In this document: piece by piece, positions 27,499 through 36,911 of the stretch
How the letters are laid out: every line of letters begins with the position of its first letter
How positions within the stretch are numbered: the first letter of the stretch is position 1
Origin: Deltaproteobacteria bacterium
GTDB taxonomy: Bacteria; Desulfobacterota; GWC2-55-46
Direction of reading: 5' to 3'
Assembly (NCBI GenBank): GCA_038041305.1
Contig: JBBTGV010000013.1
Span: forward strand, 5,510-49,808
DNA length: 44,299 nt
The notes under the pieces: model-generated
Database searches by the model: none
The model's input: only the letters and a program-made list of their open reading frames with translations
Told to the model about the DNA's origin: nothing
Made by a program: the position numbers and the translations under genes

Positions 27499-28770
27499 CT
27501 ACTTGCCTTTTAACGCGAGCATGCCGTTAAAGAATCTTTCAATATATCTTGTCCTGGGGCTTGTATAATATCTCGGAAAAAGAAGGTTCTCTCCTTTTTT
27601 AACGAATCCCTCGGACAGCGCTATGTCGTAGAGCTTTGTATGGGGCTCTATCCTCATTGAATTGAATTCAAAGTGCACCCTGTTCTTCATTTTTCGCTTT
27701 GCCTTTAACGCGAATTTCAGCATCGCCAAAAAATCCTTGAAAGTCTGGCCCGGAGGATTTTTGAAAAAATTATAGCACAACTCAAATCCCTGTATTCCGT
27801 TCAAAACCTCAAACGTGCGAATTATGTCGCTGTTCGTGATGTTTTTCTCCAATTTTTTCAAGGCCTTGTCCCCGAATCCGTCAGGCGACAAAATTATCTT
27901 TGTGCAGCCCGCCTTTATCGCAAGATCTATAAAGTCTTTTCTAATCCCCGCCTCAGAGAACCAAGCAGACCATCTGACCTTAAGGCCCCTTCTTAAAATC
28001 TCCCTCATTATCTCATCGGCATGTTTCATCGGAATATTAAACACAGAATCAACGAATGTGAACTCCGCAATGCCGTGAGATGAAAGGGCCTCTATCTCGT
28101 CCGCTATGAGCCTCGGGCTCCTTAAGCGGTAGCTCCTTCCGTTTAAGAACCCGTATATGCAGTATATGCACTTAAGGGCGCACCCCCTTTTCGTCTCAAT
28201 GCCAATCGCATCCGGGGTTGCCTTGTACGCTGATGCCGGGAATATCGTCCTGTCCGGCAGGGTGGTCCTGTTCAGGTCCGCCTGCGGCGGCGCGCCTGAG
28301 AACATGACATGGCCGTCCTGCCGGTAGAAAACCCCTTTTACCCTGAGAGGCGCGTCAAGGTTGTCAAGTAGCCCCGCGATGATGTTTTCGCCCTCAAGAA
28401 AAACCCCGGCGTCAATAGTCTCCTCATCATCCATTATCTCTCTCGCGTACATTGAAAACCCGGAGCCGCCTACGATTATCCTGCCTGCAGAGGCCTGCCT
28501 AATCGCCTTCAGCGCGTCCTTGAAGAATTTATAATAAAACACGACCTTTCTCTTGTTCGTTGAGTCAATGTTTCTTAGGGATACGAGGACGGCCTGCGGG
28601 GAAAACTCGCTTAAAACGCGCCTCAGCTCGTCATAAGGGTTTTTGTGGAGGTTTAAGTCAATGCCCTTAAGCTCGTGTTTTTTTATGCAGGCCGCGATTG
28701 ACGCAAGGCCGATCGGGTAAACAAGCGGCTCGGCCCCGCCGAGATAGGACTGTACGAGCAGAACCCTCAT
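27499..28770 (-). CDS. Cobalamin-binding radical SAM enzyme 4 (TsrM/lipid-cluster-like motifs)
   Basis: YPIGLA, SLRNID and VGGSGFS in the B12 domain; ETKRGCALKCIYC; FVDSVFN. Confidence 0.9.
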   Translation of the reverse strand: MRVLLVQSYLGGAEPLVYPIGLASIAACIKKHELKGIDLNLHKNPYDELRRVLSEFSPQAVLVSLRNIDSTNKRKVVFYYKFFKDALKAIRQASAGRIIVGGSGFSMYAREIMDDEETIDAGVFLEGENIIAGLLDNLDAPLRVKGVFYRQDGHVMFSGAPPQADLNRTTLPDRTIFPASAYKATPDAIGIETKRGCALKCIYCIYGFLNGRSYRLRSPRLIADEIEALSSHGIAEFTFVDSVFNIPMKHADEIMREILRRGLKVRWSAWFSEAGIRKDFIDLAIKAGCTKIILSPDGFGDKALKKLEKNITNSDIIRTFEVLNGIQGFELCYNFFKNPPGQTFKDFLAMLKFALKAKRKMKNRVHFEFNSMRIEPHTKLYDIALSEGFVKKGENLLFPRYYTSPRTRYIERFFNGMLALKGK

Positions 28771-30275
28771 GCAGCGGCCTTAGCAGGATGGAGCAGCCTT
28801 TTTATAATATTATTCAGGGCCTTAAGGCCGATATAAAGGTACTTGAACACAGGCCTCATGGGGGCGCTGTTAAGGATATTGACCAGAGGCGGGTTTACGA
28901 GGATTTTCAGCAATGCGCTTGGAAAACGCCCGTTCTTTGAAAGCGTCATGAGGAGATTCAGGTAGTTCGGCGCCCTCATGGTGTAGCTCTTCTCGTAGAT
29001 CTGTTTTTTCTCGTCGGTTATAAGCCCGTCCCTCTTTGCATCCTCGTAGAGCTTTGTCCCCGGATAAAGCACAAGCGAGAACGGCTGCAGGTGAAACGGC
29101 TTCGGTATCTCGGCAATGAGCTTAAGGGAGTCTATCTTGTCCGCATCCGTCTCATAGGGCACGTCAAGGATAAAGTCATAGCTCGGCGGAAACATTTTAT
29201 CCTTATGCCTGTTTATGATTGAAAAGGCCTTTTTAAGCCTCTCGTTGTCCATTTGCTTTCTGTTGAATATCTCCTGAATCTTCTTGCTCCCGGTCTCCAC
29301 CCCCATCTGGAGATAGATAAGCCCGGCGTCCACGAGCCTCTCCATCTTCTCCTCGGACATGGTCATGGGGCTTGCAAGGCATGAGAACGGAAGGTTTATC
29401 TCCCTCTTGTACACGCCGCAGAACTCGTCAAGGCTCTGCCTGCTCCTCGCGAAAAACGCATCGTCGGAAATCCACACAAACCCCACATAGGGCATGGTCT
29501 CCTTCACGCGCTTAAGCTCCTGAATGACATGGCCGGTGCTCCTCCATCTGAGATAATTCTGGTTGTTGTACATGCCCTTCAGCGTGTCGTTTATGCAGTA
29601 CGTGCATTTGTGCGGGCATCCCCTGCCCGTCATGGTCTGGTACCCCGTCTTCTTAAGGTAATGGGAGACAGTGCCCTCCTCAAGTATCTTTTTCTGAAGC
29701 CCGTATGTAAGGGGCTGTATCCGCCCGGCGTAAAGCACATGGTGGCCGTTAAGGCTCCAGTCCGGGGCAGGATAGACGTCAAGGTCTTTGACAAGCGGCA
29801 TGGGCGCGTTTTTTATAATCCTACCGTTGTGCCTGAAATACATGTTGCCCACGTCAAGGTACGGCTCTTTATTCTCCATCCTCCGGACAAGTTCAAGCAT
29901 CGCGTCTTCCCCGTCGCCTACGCAAACCATGTCCGCATGCTCAAGACACTCAACCGGCCTTATCGTGGGATGTATGCCTCCCCACAGGACAGGGGTCTTA
30001 AGGCGGGCCTTAATCTTTTTCGTTATCTGGAGCGCCCCCTCATAGAAATTCGTCATGAGGGTTATGCCGACGATGTCCGAGTCCCTGCAAAGCGGTATTA
30101 TGCCTTCAAGCACATTGTCGTCGTAGCGCTTAACGCCGAAGACAAGATTGTCCCCGAAAGGGTCTGGTATGAATATAATGCTTGTTGAATGGCCGTGGGC
30201 CTTGAGATGCGCGGATATCGTGCGTATCCCGAATGCGGTTATGTCCGGATAAGGCGAAATAAAGGTTATCTTCAT
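28767..30275 (-). CDS. Cobalamin-binding radical SAM enzyme 3
   Basis: WGGIHPT, GDGE, RGCPHKCTYC, ISDDAF and MGVETGS motifs. Confidence 0.92.
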   Translation of the reverse strand: MKITFISPYPDITAFGIRTISAHLKAHGHSTSIIFIPDPFGDNLVFGVKRYDDNVLEGIIPLCRDSDIVGITLMTNFYEGALQITKKIKARLKTPVLWGGIHPTIRPVECLEHADMVCVGDGEDAMLELVRRMENKEPYLDVGNMYFRHNGRIIKNAPMPLVKDLDVYPAPDWSLNGHHVLYAGRIQPLTYGLQKKILEEGTVSHYLKKTGYQTMTGRGCPHKCTYCINDTLKGMYNNQNYLRWRSTGHVIQELKRVKETMPYVGFVWISDDAFFARSRQSLDEFCGVYKREINLPFSCLASPMTMSEEKMERLVDAGLIYLQMGVETGSKKIQEIFNRKQMDNERLKKAFSIINRHKDKMFPPSYDFILDVPYETDADKIDSLKLIAEIPKPFHLQPFSLVLYPGTKLYEDAKRDGLITDEKKQIYEKSYTMRAPNYLNLLMTLSKNGRFPSALLKILVNPPLVNILNSAPMRPVFKYLYIGLKALNNIIKRLLHPAKAAA

Positions 30276-31867
30276 GCTGTCTTGGACGTGGATTTAATGA
30301 AAAACCTGTAGAGCCTCGGGAAATCCCCGGTTAAGAGCGACCTTATCCCCTTGTATAACATTATAAGGAATTCCCCGGCATTATTGAGGCCCGTGTAAAG
30401 GTTGGACAAAGACCTCCGGTCAAACAATCCAAGGAAAACCCCCCCGGACAAAAACCTCACAACACACCTCGGAAAATATGAAAACCCAGCGAGATACATA
30501 AGGAAATTAAAATAGCTTCCTTTCGGCATATGCAGATGCTTTGAATATATCTCCCTCTGCTCGTCGGCCTCGTTCTTTATTATGCCGTCCCTTTTCGCCA
30601 TGTGATAAAGCTCTGTGCCCGGGAAGCACACAAGGGACGCCCTCTTTAGCCAGAACGGCCTCGGAAGCCTTAAAACGAGATTTATGGTCTCAACGACATC
30701 ATTTGAGCTTTCCCACGGGTTGTCAAGTATCACATGGTAGCACGGCGGATATATCCTTTTCCTGTATCTGTGGAATATTTCAGCGGCCCTTAAGATCGTC
30801 TCTGAAGGCACCTTTCTTTTATAAAGGTCTTTCGCGGCAACGCTTGTTGACTGTATGCCCATCTCAACGAACGCGAGGCCCGCGTCAACAAGGGCCTCCA
30901 CCTTTTCCTCGGTAACGGTGCCGGGGCTTGCCTGAATATGGAACGGGAGGTTGATAGCGGTCTTATACGCCTTTGCAAACTCCGATATGTCCTCGGCGGA
31001 CCTTGCAAGGAAGGTGTCGTCAAAAAGAAATATGCTTTCCACGAAAGGCATCTCCTTTTTCACGGACATCAGCTCGCCCATTACGTGGCCGGTGGATCTG
31101 CGCCTTAGGTACTTCTGCCCGCCGTACATGTCGGCAAGGGTCTTCTCGGCGCAGAACGTGCAGTGATGAGGGCACCCCCTTGTCGTCATTGTCTTGTATG
31201 AAAGGGTTCTTTTGTACGCGTCGCTGAAGCTGCCCTCAACGTGCGGCTCAAGCGGGAACGACCTTTTCAGAAGCTCCTTTGTCATGGGCTCTATTGACCC
31301 CTTGACGTTGTCGTAGATAAAATGCCCGTCCGGGCCGAAGTCGTAATAAGGAAGCTCGTCAAGGTTATGTATTAGGGGCCTTAGCGGGTTCTTCGCCACA
31401 TGGCCGTCCTTCTTGCCCCAGATGTTTCTTATGTCGTGATACGGCTCGTTTCTCTCAAGCCTCCCTGCAAGCTCCAGAAGCGCCTCCTCCCCTTCGCCGA
31501 GGCAGACCATGTCCGTAAACATCAGGGTCTCAAGAGGCGCGACCGTGGGATGAATGCCGCCTGCTATCAACGGGACGTCCTTCATGGCCGCCTTTATCGC
31601 GCCGCAGAGCTGAACCGCCCTGTCAAGGTAATTGCTCATGAACGATATGCCGACGAGGGAGGACCCCCTGCACAGCTCAACCACCTCATCAAGTATCTTT
31701 TTTTCGTACTGATACTTAAAGCCTTCGGTGTGCTTGAACTTCTCAACGCCGCCGGGCAGGAATATCAGGCGCACATCCTTTTTGTGCCTCTTTAAATATG
31801 CCGACAACGCCCTTACCCCGAATGCCGCGACATCGGGCGGGGTGGGGGCCACAAGCGTTATCCTCAT
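30272..31867 (-). CDS. Cobalamin-binding radical SAM enzyme 2
   Basis: AGGIHPT, GEGE, RGCPHHCTFC, FDDTF and MGIQS motifs. Confidence 0.92.
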   Translation of the reverse strand: MRITLVAPTPPDVAAFGVRALSAYLKRHKKDVRLIFLPGGVEKFKHTEGFKYQYEKKILDEVVELCRGSSLVGISFMSNYLDRAVQLCGAIKAAMKDVPLIAGGIHPTVAPLETLMFTDMVCLGEGEEALLELAGRLERNEPYHDIRNIWGKKDGHVAKNPLRPLIHNLDELPYYDFGPDGHFIYDNVKGSIEPMTKELLKRSFPLEPHVEGSFSDAYKRTLSYKTMTTRGCPHHCTFCAEKTLADMYGGQKYLRRRSTGHVMGELMSVKKEMPFVESIFLFDDTFLARSAEDISEFAKAYKTAINLPFHIQASPGTVTEEKVEALVDAGLAFVEMGIQSTSVAAKDLYKRKVPSETILRAAEIFHRYRKRIYPPCYHVILDNPWESSNDVVETINLVLRLPRPFWLKRASLVCFPGTELYHMAKRDGIIKNEADEQREIYSKHLHMPKGSYFNFLMYLAGFSYFPRCVVRFLSGGVFLGLFDRRSLSNLYTGLNNAGEFLIMLYKGIRSLLTGDFPRLYRFFIKSTSKTA

Positions 31868-33366
31868 GACTTTACTATCCTCTTCAATGTCCTCACCCTT
31901 ATAGATTTAATGAGTTTTTTAACCGGGTAGAGAAGGTCGTTTTTTATATACGGCTTTATCCTCATCCACCTTACCCTTGCCGAGCACTTGTAATCAAAGA
32001 CCCACTGGGTTATGCCTATGACCTTTTCCTCAAACTCCTTTGGAGGGATGTTGTTGTTGAAATAATGCATTGGCCAGAACCCGAAGGTCCTCCAGTCAAT
32101 ATCGGCCGGCACAAGGCCGAGCCTTTTGCAGTCCTCAAGAAGCGGGCTGCCCGGTATGGGTTCAAAGATGTTGAAATTGATGTTCTCCGTCTTTATGCGC
32201 TTCATGACGCTGAATGTCTCGTCAATGTCGGCCATGGTCTCCTCCGGGAATCCGGCCATGAAGTTCGCGCCCGACGGTATGTCGTACCTGTATAAAAGGT
32301 CAAACGCCTCAACCACCTTGCCGATGTTTACGCCCTTGTTTATCTTCTTGAGCATCCTCTCGCTTCCGCTCTCTATCCCGATCGTTATGCCGCAGCAGTC
32401 CGCCTCCTTAAGGAGCTTGACCACGTCCTCGCTTAATATGTCGGCCCTCGTCATCGTGTCCCACGACACCTTCAGGTCCGCGCTCATGAGATGGTCGCAG
32501 AGGTCGGTAACCCGCTTTTTGTTTATCGTAAAGTTGTCGTCAAGGAACGAGACGACGTTTTTGTTGTAAAAGCGCGTTACATGCCTTATCTCGTCAAGCA
32601 CGTTCTCATACGACCTGAACCGCACCGTCTTTCTCGTGAATGTCGGGGACGAGCAGTAGCCGCACCTGAAGGGGCAGCCCCTGTTAGTCATTATGCCTAT
32701 GCGCTCCATGTGCTTGAACGCCTCAGGGAACATCGCCAGATGGTGCGCCGGAAACGGGAGCGCGTCAAGGTCTTCTATCAGCTCCTGGTCCCTGTTGTGC
32801 ACGACCTTCCCGTTCTCAACATAGGAGATCCCCCTTACGTCCTTAAGTCCGGCCCGGCCCGGCCTCAGGGCAGATAAAAGCTCAACCGCGGTCTTCTCGC
32901 CCTCTCCCCGCGCGACAATGTCAACCACGCCGTAGCTTAAGACGTCGTCGGGCAGGAATGTGGCGTGGTGTCCCCCCCACACGACGACCCTGTCCTTTCT
33001 CCCTTCCTTCGCGAGCGTGCTGAACTTTACCGCCGAACCCACCTCCGGGCTAAGCACCGTAAAACCCACCACGTCAGGGTCAAAATCCTTCAGTACGGAC
33101 ATTACCTCCTGCCACACCGGATGCGCGTTGTTCTTCAAGGAGTCCTGATACTCCTTGAACTTCTTCGCCCGCTCCTTAAGCATGGCTACCTCGTCGGGCA
33201 TAACCCCGGCGGTTATCCCGACCGTTGCATCCGCGTTCCAGACCCTGACCTCATGGCCCGCCTTCTCAAGCACGGCCGCTATGTATCCCGCGCCGAGCGG
33301 AAAATACGCGGACGGCCTGTAGCCCCGCAGCCTATGATATGGCGGCCTTACGAGCAATACCTTCAT
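31864..33366 (-). CDS. Cobalamin-binding radical SAM enzyme 1
   Basis: PLGAGYIAA, WGGHHAT, GEGE, RGCPFRCGYC, DDNF, GIESGS and GFPEET motifs. Confidence 0.93.
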   Translation of the reverse strand: MKVLLVRPPYHRLRGYRPSAYFPLGAGYIAAVLEKAGHEVRVWNADATVGITAGVMPDEVAMLKERAKKFKEYQDSLKNNAHPVWQEVMSVLKDFDPDVVGFTVLSPEVGSAVKFSTLAKEGRKDRVVVWGGHHATFLPDDVLSYGVVDIVARGEGEKTAVELLSALRPGRAGLKDVRGISYVENGKVVHNRDQELIEDLDALPFPAHHLAMFPEAFKHMERIGIMTNRGCPFRCGYCSSPTFTRKTVRFRSYENVLDEIRHVTRFYNKNVVSFLDDNFTINKKRVTDLCDHLMSADLKVSWDTMTRADILSEDVVKLLKEADCCGITIGIESGSERMLKKINKGVNIGKVVEAFDLLYRYDIPSGANFMAGFPEETMADIDETFSVMKRIKTENINFNIFEPIPGSPLLEDCKRLGLVPADIDWRTFGFWPMHYFNNNIPPKEFEEKVIGITQWVFDYKCSARVRWMRIKPYIKNDLLYPVKKLIKSIRVRTLKRIVKS

Positions 33367-34330
33367 TTATTTCCCCCTTTGCGAAAAAGGCGCTGTCCCC
33401 TGCTGAAGCCTCCATGAATGTCCTTAACGCAAGGAACCCAACATAATGGCACGGGTATTTAAGGACATACTCCTCAAGCCTTTTCGCGAAAAACATCGTA
33501 TTCTCCCTTACCGCGTCATGTTCCGTGTTTGAGGCCGCGTTAACCGCAATCGGCGGCTCAATTATAAGCCTATGTGTTCCGTTGCCCTGTCTGACCATAA
33601 AACACGGCAACACCTCGCAGCCTGTCCTCAACGCAATGGAGACGGCCCCGGTTGAAAACCTCGCAAGGCGGCCGAGGAAAGGGACCGTTACCCTGTCTTT
33701 CCCGCCCCCGCCGTCTATCGCGATTCCCAAAACCTCATTTCTCTTAAGGCACTGGAAGGCCTCTTTCATTGAACCGAAGATATTTATGTGGGTCACGGGC
33801 AGGCTCGCCTCATGCGCCCAACGCATCTTAAGAAGCGCCTTATGTATGCGGCTGAACCTCCTGTTGGGCATCTTTTCAATCCACACGGTTGCAGGCGCGC
33901 TTAACTGGCTCATGGCGTATCGCCTGTGCCCGATCGCCGGCATTATCATCTGGTTTGAGCCGAAGTGCGCGAAGAGGAGCATCGCGCCCCTGCCCTTTTT
34001 CAACGCATCGTCAAGGTGATTCAACCCGTCGCACCCGACGAAACAATCAATATTGCCGGGATTAAGCCTCGGAAACAGCATCACCTCAAGCTCATGGCGC
34101 ATAAGGTTTCTAAACGCCCTTTTTACGACGCCGGCGGCATCCTCGGTCCGGCACGGAAGCCTTTTTGCCTCTGCCTCAAACGCGGTTCTCTTTCCGGACA
34201 TCAGCCTGTACGCGATTGAACCCGCAACGCCGGCCAAAAAGTAAGCGGCCCTCAATGGGAGCGCCCATGCAATCCATTTCAAGGGATACATGTAGGCAAT
34301 CCTTAATATGTCCTTAAGAAGCTCTTTCAT
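33332..34330 (-). CDS. LpxL/HtrB/PatA-family lipid acyltransferase (copy 2)
   Basis: GLNHLDDALKKGRGAMLLFAHFG, LKRNEVLGIAIDG, VPFLG and YPCHY motifs. Likely start ATG 34330. Confidence 0.85.
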   Translation of the reverse strand: MKELLKDILRIAYMYPLKWIAWALPLRAAYFLAGVAGSIAYRLMSGKRTAFEAEAKRLPCRTEDAAGVVKRAFRNLMRHELEVMLFPRLNPGNIDCFVGCDGLNHLDDALKKGRGAMLLFAHFGSNQMIMPAIGHRRYAMSQLSAPATVWIEKMPNRRFSRIHKALLKMRWAHEASLPVTHINIFGSMKEAFQCLKRNEVLGIAIDGGGGKDRVTVPFLGRLARFSTGAVSIALRTGCEVLPCFMVRQGNGTHRLIIEPPIAVNAASNTEHDAVRENTMFFAKRLEEYVLKYPCHYVGFLALRTFMEASAGDSAFFAKGEINEGIARKAAIS

Positions 34331-35252
34331 GCCCTGCCTTGCCGTAATCAAGAAAAAGCGGATTTACCTTGTCATGACCAGCCCTTATGCGTTCAAACAT
34401 CAGGTTGGGGGCATAGAAATGCGGGTATTTAAGGAAGTACCCTTTAAACACCCCAAGGAATCTCTCAACGCCGTCATCCGGGCTGCTGTATTCAATGGGC
34501 CTGCCTATTGTCAGCGTATGCACGCCGTTGTCGCCCCTTACGATAAAAAGAGGCATGATCGGGGCGCGGCACGACTGCGCTATCCTGAATATGCCGTTTG
34601 AAAGAAGCATGGGCCTGCCCAGAAAATCGTATTGCCTCATGTTGGCCCCAAGCCTGCCGTCCACAGCGCACAGAAGCACCCCGTTGTTCTTAAGGGCCTC
34701 GTGCGCCCTCTTGCCGAGCCTGTCGGCGATTATGATCCGTGCGGGCATCTTGTCCCCGATATGCCTTCTTCTCCTTCTTACCATGCCTGCGAGCAACCCT
34801 ATCTTGTCGGGGCCCTGCTCGGACGGCCCGGCCTCCGCGAGCTGGCAGACCGAATACCCCTTGTATCCGAGCGCCGGGATTACGAGGAGGTGGTTAGAGA
34901 AGTGCATTAGCGCGAGCACCGCCCCCCTTCCCCTTGAAAGCGCGTTGTCAAGGTAATCCAGCCCCTCAAAATCAACGATTGAAAGCATCCTCTTTTTCCG
35001 GTCAAAAAAAAGCCTCTCCTCCTCGTCCTTGATCATTGAGGCGTAAGCCTTTTTAGCCATGCCTTTATACTCGTCATCGGAAAGCCCGCCTTGAAGCAAT
35101 CTCAGTTCATCCCGCATCAGAGCGCCCCTGCCGGACCTCACCGCAAGACCGCCAAGCATGCCGCACACGCCCAACACGAGCATTTTAGGCAGGACATATA
35201 TGAACCATCTAAGGACACACCATACGAACAAAAGCGCCAGATTCTTTATCAT
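34314..35252 (-). CDS. LpxL/HtrB/PatA-family lipid acyltransferase (copy 1)
   Basis: FEGLDYLDNALSRGRGAVLALMHFSN, LKNNGVLLCAVDG, FLG and YPHFY motifs. Confidence 0.85.
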   Translation of the reverse strand: MIKNLALLFVWCVLRWFIYVLPKMLVLGVCGMLGGLAVRSGRGALMRDELRLLQGGLSDDEYKGMAKKAYASMIKDEEERLFFDRKKRMLSIVDFEGLDYLDNALSRGRGAVLALMHFSNHLLVIPALGYKGYSVCQLAEAGPSEQGPDKIGLLAGMVRRRRRHIGDKMPARIIIADRLGKRAHEALKNNGVLLCAVDGRLGANMRQYDFLGRPMLLSNGIFRIAQSCRAPIMPLFIVRGDNGVHTLTIGRPIEYSSPDDGVERFLGVFKGYFLKYPHFYAPNLMFERIRAGHDKVNPLFLDYGKAGHERAS

Positions 35253-36895
35253 TCCATGTAGCCTAAGGATTTCAGCTTGTCTGTTATCTCTTTTTCCTCG
35301 CTGTCGGAAAAGCCGGAGGCCTTTCCCTCTGAACTCACGTCCTGTTTTGCGTATTTAATCGGGTTTTTGGACGCGTAATCCTCTGTTATCGCGCAGATTG
35401 GAACCCTCCCGTCAAGGCCCTCCGGGATATTCGCGCCCGTGAGATAAAGTATCGTCGGCGTAACGTCCTCAACCGATATCTTTTCAAGCGTCTTGCCGCG
35501 CTCCACTGCCGCGCCCGATGCGACGAATATGCCTTCCATCTCATGCCTGCCGGACCACCTGTGCGGGATAAAGAGGGCATCGGTGTATTTGCTCCCGAAG
35601 AAGAAAAACTCGTTCGGCGCTATCACCTGATAGCCCGATGAGCATATGGGTATGAGGTCAGGCGCGTTTTGGAGCGCGTCCCCGGAATAGACATCCCTTG
35701 AGCAATGCACCGCGTCAATCACATTTACGCCTTCCTCCGCGTCCTTTAAATCAAGAAGCCTTTTTTTAATCTCCCCGGCAACGGCGCCGTATCTATCATC
35801 AGGCACATTGTCCCTGTTTATGAAGATCCCTCCGGCCACCCCCTCCGAGAACGCGGTTGTTCCCTCCCAGTCAATAAGCCTTATGAACGCGCTAAGCTCA
35901 TCGCTGGCCCTTTCGGGCATCCCCTTGCCGGAAGGGGACGGCTTAAGGTTATTCAGCACAGACTCTGGTATTATCCTTTTGATTGATTTTTTTATGCCTG
36001 AAACCACCTTTGAGCGGGCGATCGGCCTGAAGGCCTCGCCAGGGTCCTGCTTAAGCCTCAGATACCCGTTTTTTATGAGCCAGTTGTTAAGGAAAAACGC
36101 CTTTTTAAGCGGCCCGCTTCCGTGGTCCGAGACCATTATGACGGTAGGATCCCCGGGCGCGGCGTCAATGAGCCTGCCGAGCGTCTTGTCAAGCCTTTCA
36201 TAAACCTTTGCGATTGAATCGCAATACCTCGCGTGGTCGGGGTGCGCCTTGTCAAGATACTTCCAGAAAAAATGCTGCACCCTGTCCGAGGCCATAAAGG
36301 CGACGAAGAAGAAATCAGGGTTAAACTTCTTTTGGAGGTAAAGCGCCGTTTTTTCCCTGTAATCCACCATCTCAAGGATTGACTTCAGGTATCCTTCCGG
36401 TTCATTAACCTGCCTGCATTCAAGCAGATACTTGCCGCAGTTCTTTTCAATCTCCTTAAACAACTCCACGGGGTGCATGAAATCCGGCGCGCCTTCGGGC
36501 GAAAACATCCCCGGTATGCAGAACCCGTTCACCCTGTCGGGCGGATATGTAACGGGCACATTCATGACCCCTACGCTTAACCCGGCCTCGGACAGGAGCG
36601 TCCATACCGGCTTAACGCGCCTTGCCCCGGCGTTCACGAACCGCACCCTCAATTCCTGCCTGTTAAAGCCCATGGCGTCAAATATGCCGTGTCTGCCGGG
36701 ATTCACCCCCGTTGAGATGGTCGTCCACGCAACGGGCGTAAGCGGCGGTATCGTTGAGGTGAGCCTGCCCCATGAGCCGTTCTGCATAAGGCGGGCGAAG
36801 TTCGGCAGACGGCCCTGCCTTGCCAGCGGCAACAATATGTCAAATGTCGCGCCGTCCCAGCCTACCATCAGTATCTTTGTTTTGTTCACGATCAT
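35249..36895 (-). CDS. Alkaline-phosphatase-superfamily nucleotide pyrophosphatase/phosphodiesterase-like protein
   Basis: GWDGAT, STIPPLTPVAWTT (Thr nucleophile), TGVNPGRHGIFD, DRVQH, SDHG, SGRH and C-terminal KLKSLGY. Likely start ATG 36895 with an AAGGA RBS; no signal peptide evident. Confidence 0.88.
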   Translation of the reverse strand: MIVNKTKILMVGWDGATFDILLPLARQGRLPNFARLMQNGSWGRLTSTIPPLTPVAWTTISTGVNPGRHGIFDAMGFNRQELRVRFVNAGARRVKPVWTLLSEAGLSVGVMNVPVTYPPDRVNGFCIPGMFSPEGAPDFMHPVELFKEIEKNCGKYLLECRQVNEPEGYLKSILEMVDYREKTALYLQKKFNPDFFFVAFMASDRVQHFFWKYLDKAHPDHARYCDSIAKVYERLDKTLGRLIDAAPGDPTVIMVSDHGSGPLKKAFFLNNWLIKNGYLRLKQDPGEAFRPIARSKVVSGIKKSIKRIIPESVLNNLKPSPSGKGMPERASDELSAFIRLIDWEGTTAFSEGVAGGIFINRDNVPDDRYGAVAGEIKKRLLDLKDAEEGVNVIDAVHCSRDVYSGDALQNAPDLIPICSSGYQVIAPNEFFFFGSKYTDALFIPHRWSGRHEMEGIFVASGAAVERGKTLEKISVEDVTPTILYLTGANIPEGLDGRVPICAITEDYASKNPIKYAKQDVSSEGKASGFSDSEEKEITDKLKSLGYME

Positions 36896-36911
36896 TTCCT
36901 TAATATAACGA

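Noticed and set aside
24827-35252. Calling the acyltransferases lpxL/lpxM or the radical SAMs bchE/hpnP/tsrM
   Set aside because: Only family-level similarity; motifs diverge and there is no lipid A, bacteriochlorophyll, hopanoid or RiPP context (no precursor peptide seen).
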